Positions 50,254 to 60,592 of a stretch of DNA of 64,000 bases are shown piece after piece. Below the pieces are notes generated by a model. That model ran no database searches. It saw only the letters and a list, made by a program, of their open reading frames with translations, and had not been told where the DNA came from. This DNA comes from an uncultured Gemmataceae bacterium (GTDB taxonomy: Bacteria; Planctomycetota; Planctomycetia; Gemmatales; Gemmataceae), in contig CAVVPN010000003.1 of the NCBI GenBank assembly GCA_963750165.1, positions 1,088,001 to 1,152,000 on the forward strand, written 5' to 3'. Numbering within the stretch: the first letter of the stretch is position 1; each line of letters opens with the position of its first letter. The position numbers were made by a program, and so were the translations under genes.

Positions 50254-51054
50254 TCATTTTCGTAGCAATTCCCGTTCCTGCGCGCACGCCAACTGGAGTA
50301 AACGTTGCTCGGCGGGCGTCAGGTACGCAAAGGGGGCGGCAGCCTGAGCAGTCCGCAGCCAGCGCAGCGCCGGCTGGCGCTGGCCGAGGCGCGACCAGAC
50401 GCTATGCAGATACCAGCACGGCCGGGCCTCTTCCGGCCGCTGCCGCCGCGCCAGGGCCAGTTCGCCGGCCGCCTTGCACAGCAGCGCCTCCACCGACAGT
50501 TCGCCGTGCGGGTCGGCGCGTGTGGCGCGCTGCAGCGCCAGCCAGTACAGGCCGATGCCGCGGTGCAGGTGCCGGCCGTACTCGTCGCCGGCGGCCTCGG
50601 CGATGTCCATCAACCGGCTATGGGCCTGGACCAACTCCGTCAATCCGGGCTCGGCCTGCTCCTGCACCGCCGTCAGGTAGCATTCGTACTGAGCGCGGGC
50701 GTCCTTGAGGCGCTCCAGGCGCAGCAGCAGTTCGGCGTAGTGAGCGCGGACGCTGAGGTGGTCGGGATGGGCCGCGACGTACCTGGCAAGTTGTTCACAA
50801 GCGCGGGCGTCATCGCCTTGTTCGAGCAGGGCGGCGGCCAAACTAAGGTGGTTGCGGGTCAGGGCGGGGTCGGCGGCAAGGCTTTTTTCGTAGAAGCCGA
50901 TGGCCCGGTCGGCGCGGCCCTGCTTCATGGCCTCCTGGCCCTGGTCCCAGAGCCGTTCGGCCTCCTGCGGATCGGCGTCCAGCTCCAGGCCCACCAGGGA
51001 GTGACAGCCCAGGCACAGCATCCAGGGCAGCAACCAGAGACGGCACCGGCGCAT
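50254..51054 (-). CDS. TPR-repeat lipoprotein
   Basis: GAGG RBS, lipobox CLGC, TPR-like helices. Confidence 0.75.
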   Translation of the reverse strand: MRRCRLWLLPWMLCLGCHSLVGLELDADPQEAERLWDQGQEAMKQGRADRAIGFYEKSLAADPALTRNHLSLAAALLEQGDDARACEQLARYVAAHPDHLSVRAHYAELLLRLERLKDARAQYECYLTAVQEQAEPGLTELVQAHSRLMDIAEAAGDEYGRHLHRGIGLYWLALQRATRADPHGELSVEALLCKAAGELALARRQRPEEARPCWYLHSVWSRLGQRQPALRWLRTAQAAAPFAYLTPAEQRLLQLACAQERELLRK

Positions 51055-51133
51055 GGCGCGACCTCGACGCAAGGGGGGGACGGGTCTTGCTCTGGTTATC
51101 GCCCTTGCGACCGGCAGCGGTTCAGTGAAAGAA

Positions 51134-51183
51134 AAGTCAGAAGTCAGAAGTCAGTTTGTGCGTTTCTGACTTCTGACTTCTGG
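51134..51183. repeat. Inverted heptamer arrays (AAGTCAG)x3 / (CTGACTT)x2
   Basis: Read directly, just after the sigma factor stop codon. Confidence 0.85.
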
Positions 51184-52020
51184 TCACTCTGCCTGCATAC
51201 TCTCGCTCAGCTTCGAGAGCGCCTCGCTCTCGATCTGGCGGACGCGCTCGCGTGTCAGGCCGAGACACTCGCCGATCTCCTTGAGCGTCTTGGGCTCCTC
51301 GGCCTCCAGCCCAAAGCGCATCTTCAGCACGGTTGCCTCACGCTTGTCCATCTTCTCCAGCAGGTCGAGCACATGATTCAGGTCGTCCGCCTCGACCATC
51401 TCCAGGTCCGGTGTCTTGGTGTGGCCGTCCATGACCATCTCGTCCAGCGACCAGCCGGATTCGGCCTGGTCGGCCTGCGGCGCGGCGTTGTAAACGCGGA
51501 TGGCCTTCTTGATGATCGCCAGCTTCTTCTTGGGCAGGTTCAAACTCTTGGCGACCTCTTCATGGGTCGGCGGCCGGCCCAGTTCGTCCTGCAACTTGGC
51601 GCTGGCCCGCCGCCACTTGGCCAGCAACTCGACCATGTACGCCGGGATGCGGATGGTCTTGGCAGTGTTCACCAGGGCGCGCTTGATCGATTGCTTGATC
51701 CAGTAGCTGGCGTAGGTGCTGAAGCGCGTGCCCATCGACGGATCGAAACCCTCGACAGCTCGCAGCAGCCCAAGGTTGCCTTCCTCAATGAGATCCTGCA
51801 AGCCGAGGCCCTTGCCGGTGTAGCCGCGGGCAATGTTCACCACCAGGCGCAGATTGGCACGCACCATGCGGTCGCGAGCCTCGTTGTCGCCGGCGCCGAT
51901 GCGGTGAGCCAGGGCCTGTTCCTCGGCGGCGCTGAGCAACGAGGTCTCGTTGATCTCGCGGAGGTAGGTCTCAAGCGGTGACTGGACCGCGGGACCGCGT
52001 TGCCGGCGTGCTCGTGTCAT
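51184..52020 (-). CDS. RpoD/SigA-family (group 2-like) sigma-70 factor lacking region 1.1
   Basis: YLREI, ANLRLVV.IA..Y, DLIEEGNLGL, RFSTYA.YWI, TIRIP, TLKEIG..LGLTRERVRQIE. Confidence 0.95.
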   Translation of the reverse strand: MTRARRQRGPAVQSPLETYLREINETSLLSAAEEQALAHRIGAGDNEARDRMVRANLRLVVNIARGYTGKGLGLQDLIEEGNLGLLRAVEGFDPSMGTRFSTYASYWIKQSIKRALVNTAKTIRIPAYMVELLAKWRRASAKLQDELGRPPTHEEVAKSLNLPKKKLAIIKKAIRVYNAAPQADQAESGWSLDEMVMDGHTKTPDLEMVEADDLNHVLDLLEKMDKREATVLKMRFGLEAEEPKTLKEIGECLGLTRERVRQIESEALSKLSESMQAE

Positions 52021-52487
52021 GAGATACCATCCAACCCGTGTTGAGGAGTGCCCGTCAGTGGCGTCGCGCCAGGGCGACGGTCGTGTGCTGCGCCGGCGGT
52101 GCGTTACCGCCCCCTCCCCCCGGTTGTGGTGCCGAACTGCCGCGCCCTGGGCAATTCGGGCAATCCGGGGGGTGCCGGCTCGCACGTCACAATAGGGTAT
52201 CGTCCTGACCTGGGAAGCGCCTGGACCCTGGGAGGTCAACTCGGGCCTGGGGGAAGGGGAAACGGTCGGTATCCCGTGAACAACCCGTCCCACCGCCGCG
52301 ACCCGACTTCCGGTGCCGACACCGCTGCCGCGACACCGTGAGGGGCCTTCCTCATGCAGTTTAGTTCAGATTTGGGCGTGGGGGTATTGGATCGGTATGG
52401 CGACAAAAAAACCGAGCCCGAGCGCCAGCGCGGGGCAGCGCTGGCCCCGCGCTGGCGCTCGGGCTCGGAAATGAACAGCCCGAGCGC

Positions 52488-54284
52488 TCAGCCCTCGGTT
52501 TTCTTCTCGCCCTCGCCGGGCATGCTGAACAGTGGGCCAGCGGCGCCGGTGCCGCCGCGCAGCTCGCGTTCGCGCTCCTTCGGCTTCGCCCCTGGCGTCC
52601 CTGCTGCCGCCGCTTCCTCGGTGCCCTCCTCGGCTCCGTCCTCGCCTGGCGTCAGGCGCTTGCGGCTCAGGCCGATCTTGCGGTCGCCCGGATCGACGCG
52701 CAGAATCTTGACCTCCACCTCATCGCCGACCTTGACGACCTCCTCCGGACTCTCGACCTTGTGGTCGGCCAGTTCGGAGATGTGCAGCAGGCCCTCCAGG
52801 CCCGGTTCCAGCTCGACGAAGACGCCGAAGTTGGTGAGCTTGGTGACCTTGCCCTTCTTGATGTCGCCGGGGTGGTAGCGGCCGGGGATGTCGCCTTCCC
52901 ACGGATCGTTGTTCATCTGCTTCAGGCCCAGGGCCACGCGCTTGCGCTCCTGATCGACGTTCAGGATGACGCACTTGACCTTCTCGCCCTTGCTGACGAC
53001 CTCGGAGGGATGGCCGACCTTGCGCACCCAGCTCATGTCACTGACGTGCAGCAGACCGTCGATGCCCTCCTCGATCTCGATGAAGGCACCGTAGTTGGTC
53101 AGGTTGCGGACCACGCCGGTGATCTGCGTGCCCGGCGGGTAGCGCTCCGCCACCTTGTCCCACGGGTTGGGCTGCACCTGCTTGATGCCCAGCGAGATTT
53201 CCTGCTTCTCCTTGTTGATGTTCAGGACCTGCACTTCGATCTGGTCGCCGATGCTGACCAGTTCGCTGGGGTGGTTGATGCGCTTGGTCCAGCTCATCTC
53301 GCTGATGTGAACCAGGCCCTCAATGCCCGGCTCCAGCTTGACGAAGGCGCCGTAGCTCATGACGTTGACGACCTCGCCGGTGTGCCGGCTGCCGACCGGG
53401 TACTTGGCCTCGACGTTGGCCCACGGGCTCGGCGACTTCTGCTTCAGGCCCAGGGCGATCTTTTCCTTGTCCTTGTCCACGCTGATGATGTACACCTCGA
53501 TCTGCTGGTCGATGTGTACCATTTCGTGCGGATTGTTGATGCGGCCCCAGCTCATGTCGGTGATGTGCAAGAGGCCGTCGATGCCGCCGAGGTCCACGAA
53601 GGCGCCGAACTCGGCGATGTTCTTGACGACGCCCTTGCGAATCTGGCCGGGCTGAATTTCAGCCAGCAGCTTGTTCTTCAACTCGATGCGTTGATCCTCG
53701 ATCAGCTTGCGGCGGCTGACGACGATGTTGCGGCGAGCCTCGTCGATCTTGAGGATTTTGCACTCGATGGTTTTGCCAATGAAGTCGGCGATGTCCGGCG
53801 GCCGACGGATGTCCACCTGGCTGGCGGGCAGGAAAACGTTGACGCCGATGTTGACCAGCAGGCCGCCCTTGATCTTGCGCGTGACCTGGCCGGCGACGAC
53901 ATCGCCTTCCTTGTGGCGCGAGATGACGTCTTCCCATTCCTTCTGCCGCTTGGCCTTGCGATAGGACAGGACGATGGCGCCGGACTCGTCCTCGACGGCG
54001 TCGAGCAGCACCTGGATCTCGTCGCCGGGGCTGGGCGGCTTGATCCGGTCTTCGCCCTCGTCGTACCATTCGTTGAGCGGGATCACGCCCTCGCTCTTGT
54101 AGCCGACGTCCACCCAGACCTCGTCGCCGACGACGTTGAGGACGCGGCCCTTGACGATCTTGTTGACCTCAAAGACCTGCGTGTCCTGCGGCAGCCATTC
54201 TTCTGACTCAAAGGCCGCGTTGATCTCGCTCTCCATCAGAGACTCGTCGAGATCAACCTGCCGCATCAGATTGCGATTCACCAT
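52488..54284 (-). CDS. rpsA: 30S ribosomal protein S1
   Basis: Six S1 domains (FGAFVDLGGIDGLLHITDMSW, YGAFV.LE.G.EGLVH.SE). Confidence 0.97.
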   Translation of the reverse strand: MVNRNLMRQVDLDESLMESEINAAFESEEWLPQDTQVFEVNKIVKGRVLNVVGDEVWVDVGYKSEGVIPLNEWYDEGEDRIKPPSPGDEIQVLLDAVEDESGAIVLSYRKAKRQKEWEDVISRHKEGDVVAGQVTRKIKGGLLVNIGVNVFLPASQVDIRRPPDIADFIGKTIECKILKIDEARRNIVVSRRKLIEDQRIELKNKLLAEIQPGQIRKGVVKNIAEFGAFVDLGGIDGLLHITDMSWGRINNPHEMVHIDQQIEVYIISVDKDKEKIALGLKQKSPSPWANVEAKYPVGSRHTGEVVNVMSYGAFVKLEPGIEGLVHISEMSWTKRINHPSELVSIGDQIEVQVLNINKEKQEISLGIKQVQPNPWDKVAERYPPGTQITGVVRNLTNYGAFIEIEEGIDGLLHVSDMSWVRKVGHPSEVVSKGEKVKCVILNVDQERKRVALGLKQMNNDPWEGDIPGRYHPGDIKKGKVTKLTNFGVFVELEPGLEGLLHISELADHKVESPEEVVKVGDEVEVKILRVDPGDRKIGLSRKRLTPGEDGAEEGTEEAAAAGTPGAKPKERERELRGGTGAAGPLFSMPGEGEKKTEG

Positions 54285-54499
54285 GCAAACCATTCCTCAC
54301 CGCTCGACGCCCACTTCCCGGTGGGCGAGGAGAGGTACTTCCGAAAAAAAGGGACCGATCCCCCGCAAACCCGTGGGCCAACGCGGCCCACAAACCCAAT
54401 TTACGGGGAAAATTAAATTGTATCACCTGGGCGGAAATGGCACCAGGGAGGGCCGCGGAATCCGCGGTCCGGCCATTTTGACAGAACCAATCGTCCTAC

Positions 54500-54699
54500 C
54501 AGGAAAAGCGATTCTCGATTATGCTACCAGGGTGCAGACGAAAACCGGCAGACTCCCGGAAATGGAAATGACTCTGGAGCGCCTGACCGGGGACGAGTTT
54601 GACCACGGCGACTCGTTCCAGGAACGTACACGGTACAGGCGGTGTACAAGTACAATGGCTTCCAGGCAGTTTCCGAGCCGGAGCCAGTGACCGTGTAAA
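54500..54699 (+). pseudogene. Possible 3' remnant of a gene upstream of the macrodomain gene
   Basis: Protein-like tail LVPGTYTVQAVYKYNGFQAVSEPEPVTV* ending just before the macro RBS; preceded by a stop/frameshift, no clear start. Confidence 0.3.
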
Positions 54700-54711
54700 G
54701 GAAAGGCTTGC

Positions 54712-55191
54712 ATGAAACCGATTTCCTACGTTCATGGCGACGCAACCCAGCCCCAGGGCGACGGTGCGAAAATCATCGTCCACGTCTGCAATGACCGCGG
54801 AGGTTGGGGCCGTGGGTTCGTCGTGGCGATCTCGCGGCGCTGGGGCGAACCAGAGGAGCAGTACCGTGCGTGGTACGCCGAGCGGGACGACAACGACTTC
54901 GCCCTTGGCGCCGTGCAGTTCGTGAAGGTTGAGGAGAATGTCTGGGTCGCCAACCTGATCGGCCAGGCCGGCATGAGTCCGCAGCACGGCGTACCACCGG
55001 TGCGCTACGAGGCCATCGAAACCGGTCTCGAAGCGGTGGCGGCGAAGGCGGCGGAGCTGGAGGCGTCAGTCCACATGCCACGCATCGGCTGCGGCCTGGC
55101 TGGCGGCCGCTGGGAGCGCGTCGAACCGCTCATCACCAAGACCCTCTGCGAGCGTGACATCGCCGTGACCGTGTACGACCTGCCGCCCTGA
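54712..55191 (+). CDS. Macrodomain protein (Poa1/TARG1-like ADP-ribose hydrolase)
   Basis: GDAT.P, IIVHVCND.GGWG.GF, MPRIGCGLAGG.W. Confidence 0.9.
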   Translation: MKPISYVHGDATQPQGDGAKIIVHVCNDRGGWGRGFVVAISRRWGEPEEQYRAWYAERDDNDFALGAVQFVKVEENVWVANLIGQAGMSPQHGVPPVRYEAIETGLEAVAAKAAELEASVHMPRIGCGLAGGRWERVEPLITKTLCERDIAVTVYDLPP

Positions 55192-55311
55192 AACTCCCGG
55201 CGCCCAGAGGCGGGGTTGGCGTGTCAGGCAGTGCCGTTGGTTGTCACATTTGGTGAGATAGGGGGCGCGCCGTGTGGCCATGTGGCCAGGTGACTCCCCT
55301 GACCCCGCCTG

Positions 55312-57132
55312 TTAGATGCGGCGGAACTGCCGATCCAAATCATTGCGGCTGAACAGCAGCGCCGTCGGCCGGCCGTGCGGACAGTGGTGTGTGTCGTCCG
55401 CCAGGTGCCGCTGGGCCAGCAGGGCCGCCATCTCGTCCGGCGTCAGGGGATCGCCGGCCCGCACCGCCGAGTGGCACGCCATCAGACTCAGCAAATCGTT
55501 GAAAAGTTGTTCGCGCGTCGGCACCCGCTCCTTGCCGCACAGGTGATCGACTACCGCCTTGAGGATCACCTGCGGCGGCCGGTTGCCGAGGATCGCCGGG
55601 TAGCCCGTCACCAGCACCGTACCGCCGCCGAAGTCCTCGACCAGCAGCCCCAACTCCGCCAGGGCGGTGCGGTGCTCCAGCGTCACCGCGGCCTGCTCGG
55701 CGGTCAACTCGACCGGCTCGGGGAACAGCAGCGGTTGCATTTCCAGCGTGCCGCTGCGGATCCGCCGCTTCAGTTGCTCGAACAGGATGCGTTCGTGCAG
55801 TGCGTGCTGGTCGATCACCAGCATGCCCTCCGCCGTCTCCACGACCAGGTACGAGTTGTACAGCTGGATGACCTTCACGTCCGCCGTGGGCCGCATCGGC
55901 AGCGGTGGCGGCGCGGCGGGCGTCGGCTGGTCGAACGCGGACGCCAGCGCGTCCGGGGAAGGCGGCAGCGGCGGGGCGGCCGACGGCGGGGAGATGGTGG
56001 CGGGCGCGGGCGGCGGGAACACGGGCGGTGGCGGCAGTGGTGCGTGTTGCGCCGCTGCAGCGAAGATCGGCGCCGGCTCCGGGCCGCTGAAGCGCACCTC
56101 TGGGTTTGCCAGCGTGGACGGCGCCTGCAATTTCGGCGTCAGGTTCGCGGCGCTGAGGCGGTTGCGGACGGTGCCGAGCACCAGGCTGTAAAGGCCGTGG
56201 CCGTCGCGGAAGCGCACCTCCGCCTTGGTCGGATGCACGTTCACGTCCACCTGGTCTGGCGGCAGGTCCAGGAACAGAAACGCCACCGCGTAACGGCCGG
56301 TCATCAGCAGACCGCGGAAGCCCTCCTGCAAGGCGTGGCTCAAACTGCGGTCGCGGACCCAGCGGCCGTTGACGAACAGGTACTGCGTCTTCGCGTTGCC
56401 GCGCTCGCACGCCGGGTCCGCGATGTAGCCCCGCAGCCGCACCGCGTCGCGCTCCGCCTGGACCTCATACAACTGATCGCTGACCTCGGAGCCGAAGAAC
56501 AGCCGGATGCGCTGTCTCAGGTCCGCGCCGGCCGGCACCTCGTACACGCCCTTGCCGTTGTGCCGCAGTGTCAGGTGCAACTCCGGCTGCGCCAGCGCCA
56601 GCCGCGTGAACGTCTCGCAGAGGTGGCCCATCTCCGTCGAGGTGGTCCGCAGGAATTTGCGGCGCACGGGGGTGTTGTAGAACAGGTGCCGCACCTCGAT
56701 GCGTGTGCCCGGGCCGCCGTTCCACGGCCGCACCGCTGACAGGTCGCCGCCGTGACAGGTGATCTCGCGGCCGACCTCGCGCCCCGGTGGTCGCGATTGC
56801 AGCGTCACCTGGGCGACGCCGCCGATGGACGCCAGCGCCTCGCCGCGGAAACCGAGCGTGCCGATGCGGAACAGGTCGTCGGCGTTGTGTAGTTTGCTGG
56901 TGGCGTGGCTGGCGAACGCCAGGGCCAGGTCGTCCGGTTCGATGCCGCAGCCGTCGTCCACGACGCGGATGGCGTCGGCGCCACCGTTGTCCACGTCGAT
57001 GTCAATGCGGCGGCTGCCGGCGTCCACGCAGTTTTCCAGCAGTTCCTTGACGACGCTCGCCGGCCGTTCGATCACCTCGCCCGCGGCGATTTTGGTGATG
57101 ACGGACGGCGGTAGTTGGTGGATGCGCGGCAT
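55312..57132 (-). CDS. mutL: DNA mismatch repair endonuclease MutL
   Basis: IAAGEVIERPASVVKEL.EN, GFRGEAL, DVNVHP.K.EV, DQHALHER, CPHGRP. Confidence 0.97.
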   Translation of the reverse strand: MPRIHQLPPSVITKIAAGEVIERPASVVKELLENCVDAGSRRIDIDVDNGGADAIRVVDDGCGIEPDDLALAFASHATSKLHNADDLFRIGTLGFRGEALASIGGVAQVTLQSRPPGREVGREITCHGGDLSAVRPWNGGPGTRIEVRHLFYNTPVRRKFLRTTSTEMGHLCETFTRLALAQPELHLTLRHNGKGVYEVPAGADLRQRIRLFFGSEVSDQLYEVQAERDAVRLRGYIADPACERGNAKTQYLFVNGRWVRDRSLSHALQEGFRGLLMTGRYAVAFLFLDLPPDQVDVNVHPTKAEVRFRDGHGLYSLVLGTVRNRLSAANLTPKLQAPSTLANPEVRFSGPEPAPIFAAAAQHAPLPPPPVFPPPAPATISPPSAAPPLPPSPDALASAFDQPTPAAPPPLPMRPTADVKVIQLYNSYLVVETAEGMLVIDQHALHERILFEQLKRRIRSGTLEMQPLLFPEPVELTAEQAAVTLEHRTALAELGLLVEDFGGGTVLVTGYPAILGNRPPQVILKAVVDHLCGKERVPTREQLFNDLLSLMACHSAVRAGDPLTPDEMAALLAQRHLADDTHHCPHGRPTALLFSRNDLDRQFRRI

Positions 57133-57178
57133 GGTGTGATTGCGACTAATGACTCGACGTTGCGGCATGGCGCGGAGT

Positions 57179-57298
57179 AGTTGTGGCTTGGTCTCCGGAC
57201 CAAGCCACCTGGCCCGACCGAAGGTCTCCCTCGCGTTCCAGTTTCCCAAGAGGAGACCTTCGGTCGCGGACGTGGCACGGTCTCCTGACCGTGCCACG
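57179..57298. repeat. Three-hairpin REP-like element (same family as 32772 and 39775)
   Basis: GTTGTGGCTTGGTCTCCGGACCAAGCCAC..GACCGAAGGTCTCC..GGAGACCTTCGGTC..GTGGCACGGTCTCCTGACCGTGCCAC. Confidence 0.9.
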
Positions 57299-57326
57299 TC
57301 CGCGGGTACAGGCGGCCCACCCGTCC

Positions 57327-58850
57327 CTACGGCTGCAGTCCCCATTTCTTGACCTTGCGCCGCACCGCCTCCTCGCGCATGCCGAGGAGTTTGGCGGCCT
57401 CCTCAATAATGCCCTGCGCCTGGGCCAGTGCGTCGCGAATCCGGTCCTGCACCTTCCAGTCCTGGATGACGCGGTACAGGGTTCGTTCGCCGATGCCGAG
57501 TTTGCGGGCAGCCTCCTCACGATTGCCGTCCGTCAGCAGCAGTGTCTGCTCGATGTAATAACGTTCTACCTCGGTCAGGGGTCGGCCCACAAGGTTAGCA
57601 GGACCGACCGCCGCCCCGGCCGCCGGCGGTGCCGGTCGCAGCGGCGAGCCCTCCTCCAGGTCGTCCAGGCCGAGCGTGCCATCCTGGTCCTGCACCACCA
57701 TGCCCTCGACCAGGTTGCGCAGCTCGCGGACGTTGCCCGGCCAGTCGTAGGCCGCCAGCGCCCGCCGCACCGGCTCGGCGATGCCCGTGACCGCCTTGCC
57801 GTGCCGGGTGTTGAACTCCTTGATGAAGTGGGCCGCCAGCAGCGGAATGTCCTCGCGGCGCTTGCGCAGCGGTGGCAGCTTCAGCGTCACCACCTTCAGC
57901 CGGTAATACAGGTCCTGGCGAAATTCACCCTTCGCCACCGCCTCTTCCAGGTCGCGGTGCGTCGCCGACAGCAGCCGCACGTTGACCTTGATGACCTCGT
58001 TGCTGCCGATGCGGCTCACCTCCTGGTTCTCCAGCACGCGCAGCAGTTTCGCCTGGAGTGTCAACGGCATGTCACCGATCTCATCCAGGAACAGGGTGCC
58101 GCCGCTGGCGTACTCGAAGCGGCCCTTGCGCAGCTTGTCCGCGCCGGTGAACGCCCCCGGCTCGTGGCCGAACAGCTCGTCCTCCAGCAGGTTCTCGTTG
58201 ATGGCGGTGCAGGTCAGCGCTACGAAGTTCTTGTGCTTGCGCGGACTGTTGTTGTGGATCGCCTTGGCGGCCAGTTCCTTGCCAGTGCCGGTTTCGCCCT
58301 GGATCAGCACGGTGGCGCTGGTCGGGGCAATGCTCTTGAGCCGGGCGATGACCTCGTGCATCTTCGGGCTGTTGCCGACCACCCCCTCGAAGCCGAACTT
58401 CTCGTCCAGCTGCCGTTTCAGTTCCTTGTTGGCGTGGTTGAGCCGGACGCGCTCCGCGGCCTTGCCGACGACCGTGCGCAGCTCCGCCATGTTACCCGTT
58501 TTTTGCAGGTAACTCAGGGCCCCCTGCTGCATCGCCTCCACGGCAGTTTTCACGTCGCCGTGGCCGGTCAGCACCACAACCTCCGCGTCCGGCTGCTCCT
58601 GCTTCGCCTTGCGCAGGATGGCCAGACCGTCCGTGTCGGGCATGCGCAGGTCGGTCAAGATAACGTCCCACTCCTCCGCCTCAATGCGACGGGCGCCGGC
58701 GGTGCCGGTGGTGGCGACGGCGCACTCGTAGCCAACGCGCTCCAGCACCTCGGCCACGGCCTCGGCGTGCAGCGCCTCGTCGTCAACGATCAACACCTTG
58801 AGCCGTTCGCCGTCGCGGGGCTCGGGAGGAGGGGTGGCGGGTCGCTCCAT
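57327..58850 (-). CDS. Sigma54-dependent response regulator (REC-AAA+-HTH, second HTH at C-terminus)
   Basis: [38 protein letters not shown]. Confidence 0.95.
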   Translation of the reverse strand: MERPATPPPEPRDGERLKVLIVDDEALHAEAVAEVLERVGYECAVATTGTAGARRIEAEEWDVILTDLRMPDTDGLAILRKAKQEQPDAEVVVLTGHGDVKTAVEAMQQGALSYLQKTGNMAELRTVVGKAAERVRLNHANKELKRQLDEKFGFEGVVGNSPKMHEVIARLKSIAPTSATVLIQGETGTGKELAAKAIHNNSPRKHKNFVALTCTAINENLLEDELFGHEPGAFTGADKLRKGRFEYASGGTLFLDEIGDMPLTLQAKLLRVLENQEVSRIGSNEVIKVNVRLLSATHRDLEEAVAKGEFRQDLYYRLKVVTLKLPPLRKRREDIPLLAAHFIKEFNTRHGKAVTGIAEPVRRALAAYDWPGNVRELRNLVEGMVVQDQDGTLGLDDLEEGSPLRPAPPAAGAAVGPANLVGRPLTEVERYYIEQTLLLTDGNREEAARKLGIGERTLYRVIQDWKVQDRIRDALAQAQGIIEEAAKLLGMREEAVRRKVKKWGLQP

Positions 58851-59055
58851 GATGTCCACGGGGTTACGGGTGCGGGCGCCGCTACCACGCCGCGCCCGGG
58901 GTCATTTTAGCCGGTCGCGCCGGCCGCCGCAAAGACCGCCGCGCTGCCGGCCCCGGCGGCACCCCCGGAAAATCCTTCGGAATCCCTAAAGTCAGCCCCG
59001 GCGGGCGGCCGATGAGGAAGCAATAACTCACATTAGCGACGCGGGGGAGGCAGCG

Positions 59056-60472
59056 ATGACCGAAGCGCAAACGCTGTTGGGCAAGATCGCCGCGCTGCGC
59101 CAGCGCCTGGAGCTGGCACAGACGCCGACCGCCGCCGTGCCGGTCGCCGAGGGGCCGGCCGATCCGGTGCGCGTGCTGGAGCGCAAGGTCGCGGCCGGGG
59201 CGCAGCAGAGCGCCCTGCTCGAGGGCACGCTGCGGACACGGAGCGGCGGCGACGGCCACGCCCTGCCCACGCAGCTGACCGCCCGCGCCGGCCGCGTGCT
59301 GCGGCAGTGTCGTGAACTGGTCGGCCAGCTGCGAGCGCTGGCGGACGAACCGCTGCTGCTGGACGCCGGCGACCCGCTGGCGGCCTACTACCGCGAGACG
59401 GCCGGCATGACCGACACGGTGCTGCGCCTGGTGCAGTCCTTCCCGGAGGCGCCCAGCGCCCAGATCCGGTTGTGTGAAGGGTTGGAGGTCATCCTGCACA
59501 CGGTCGCGGATCGGCTGGCGGCGGTGGACGGCGGCCTGAACCAGCGCCACCGCGACGCTGGCCGGCTCGACACGCTCACCGAACTGCTGACCGATCTGAG
59601 CACCGGCAGCGGCGCGGCGGATACCAAGGCGTTTTTGGCGCTGGCCGAAGCCGTGCTGGAGGACGCCAACCAGGCCCTGCCACTGCGCTTCTTCGAGGGC
59701 GACCCGCTGCGGCCGGCACGATTCGCAGCGGCGCACAGCCTGAACGTCGCGCAGGTGATCGCCCGGCTGACGCGCCAGGATCTGGAATGGCGGCACAAGC
59801 CGCTGGAGCCAATCGTCGCGGCCCTGGTGCATGACGCCGGCATGGCGTTCGTACCGGCCGAGGTGCTGGCCCACCCGGGCAGCCTGACGGACGAGCAGCG
59901 GCGGCTGGTCGAGGCGCACACGGTCGGCGGGGCCGAGGCGGTCAGCCGGCTGTTCCCGGGCCAGCCGTACCTGTGCGACGTGACGGCGGCGCACCACGAA
60001 CGGCTGGACGGCACCGGCTACCCGGCGGGACTGCGCGACCAGCAACTGCGGCCGCTGGTGCGGCTGCTGGCGGTGTGCGACGTGTACAGCGCCCTGTGCG
60101 TGGCGCGACCGTGGCGGCCGGCGCTGGACACGCGCACGGCCCTGACCGACACGCTGCTGCTGGCCGAGAACGGGGCGCTGGACCGCGAGCAGGCGGAGCG
60201 GCTGTTGCAGCTGTCGTTCTACCCGGTCGGCTCGGTGGTGGAGCTGGCGGATGGAGGCGCTGGGCCTGGTGGTGGCGACGCACCAGACGCGCCGCGAATT
60301 GAACCTGCCGGCGCGGCCGGTGCTGGCGCTGCTGACTGACTCGCAGGGCCGGCCGTACACGGTGCCGCGGCACCTGGACCTGGCGGAGTGCGAGGGCCGC
60401 AGTGTGGTGCGCAGCCTGCGAACCGACGAGCGCCGCGAGGCGCTGGGCAAACGCTACCCCGAATGGATCTAA
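59056..60472 (+). CDS. HD-GYP domain protein; frameshift near 60258
   Basis: GGAGG RBS, VHDAG, HHERLDGTGYP, YPVGSVVELADG then LGLVV...RP in the second frame. Confidence 0.85.
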
Positions 60473-60480
60473 AAAAGTAA

Positions 60481-60576
60481 TCACCACAAAGACACAAAGG
60501 GCACAAAGGAAAGGCAAAGACTTGTTAATTAAACACTCTTTGCCTTTCCTTTGTGCCCTTTGTGTCTTTGTGGTGA
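60481..60576. repeat. Long inverted repeat of 9-bp CACAAAGNN units
   Basis: TCACCACAAAGACACAAAGGGCACAAAGGAAAGGCAAAGA ... exact inverse. Confidence 0.92.
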
Positions 60577-60592
60577 ATTCCTCTTCTTTATG

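Noticed and set aside
52021..52410. Riboswitch or ncRNA in the long leader of the sigma factor (also the rpsA leader 54285-54480)
   Set aside because: No recognisable conserved RNA motif by eye; an Rfam/covariance search would be needed
1641..60472. Programmed frameshifting or mass pseudogenisation
   Set aside because: No slippery heptamers seen, each gene has a single lesion with otherwise intact motifs, and secG is affected; sequencing error is more likely
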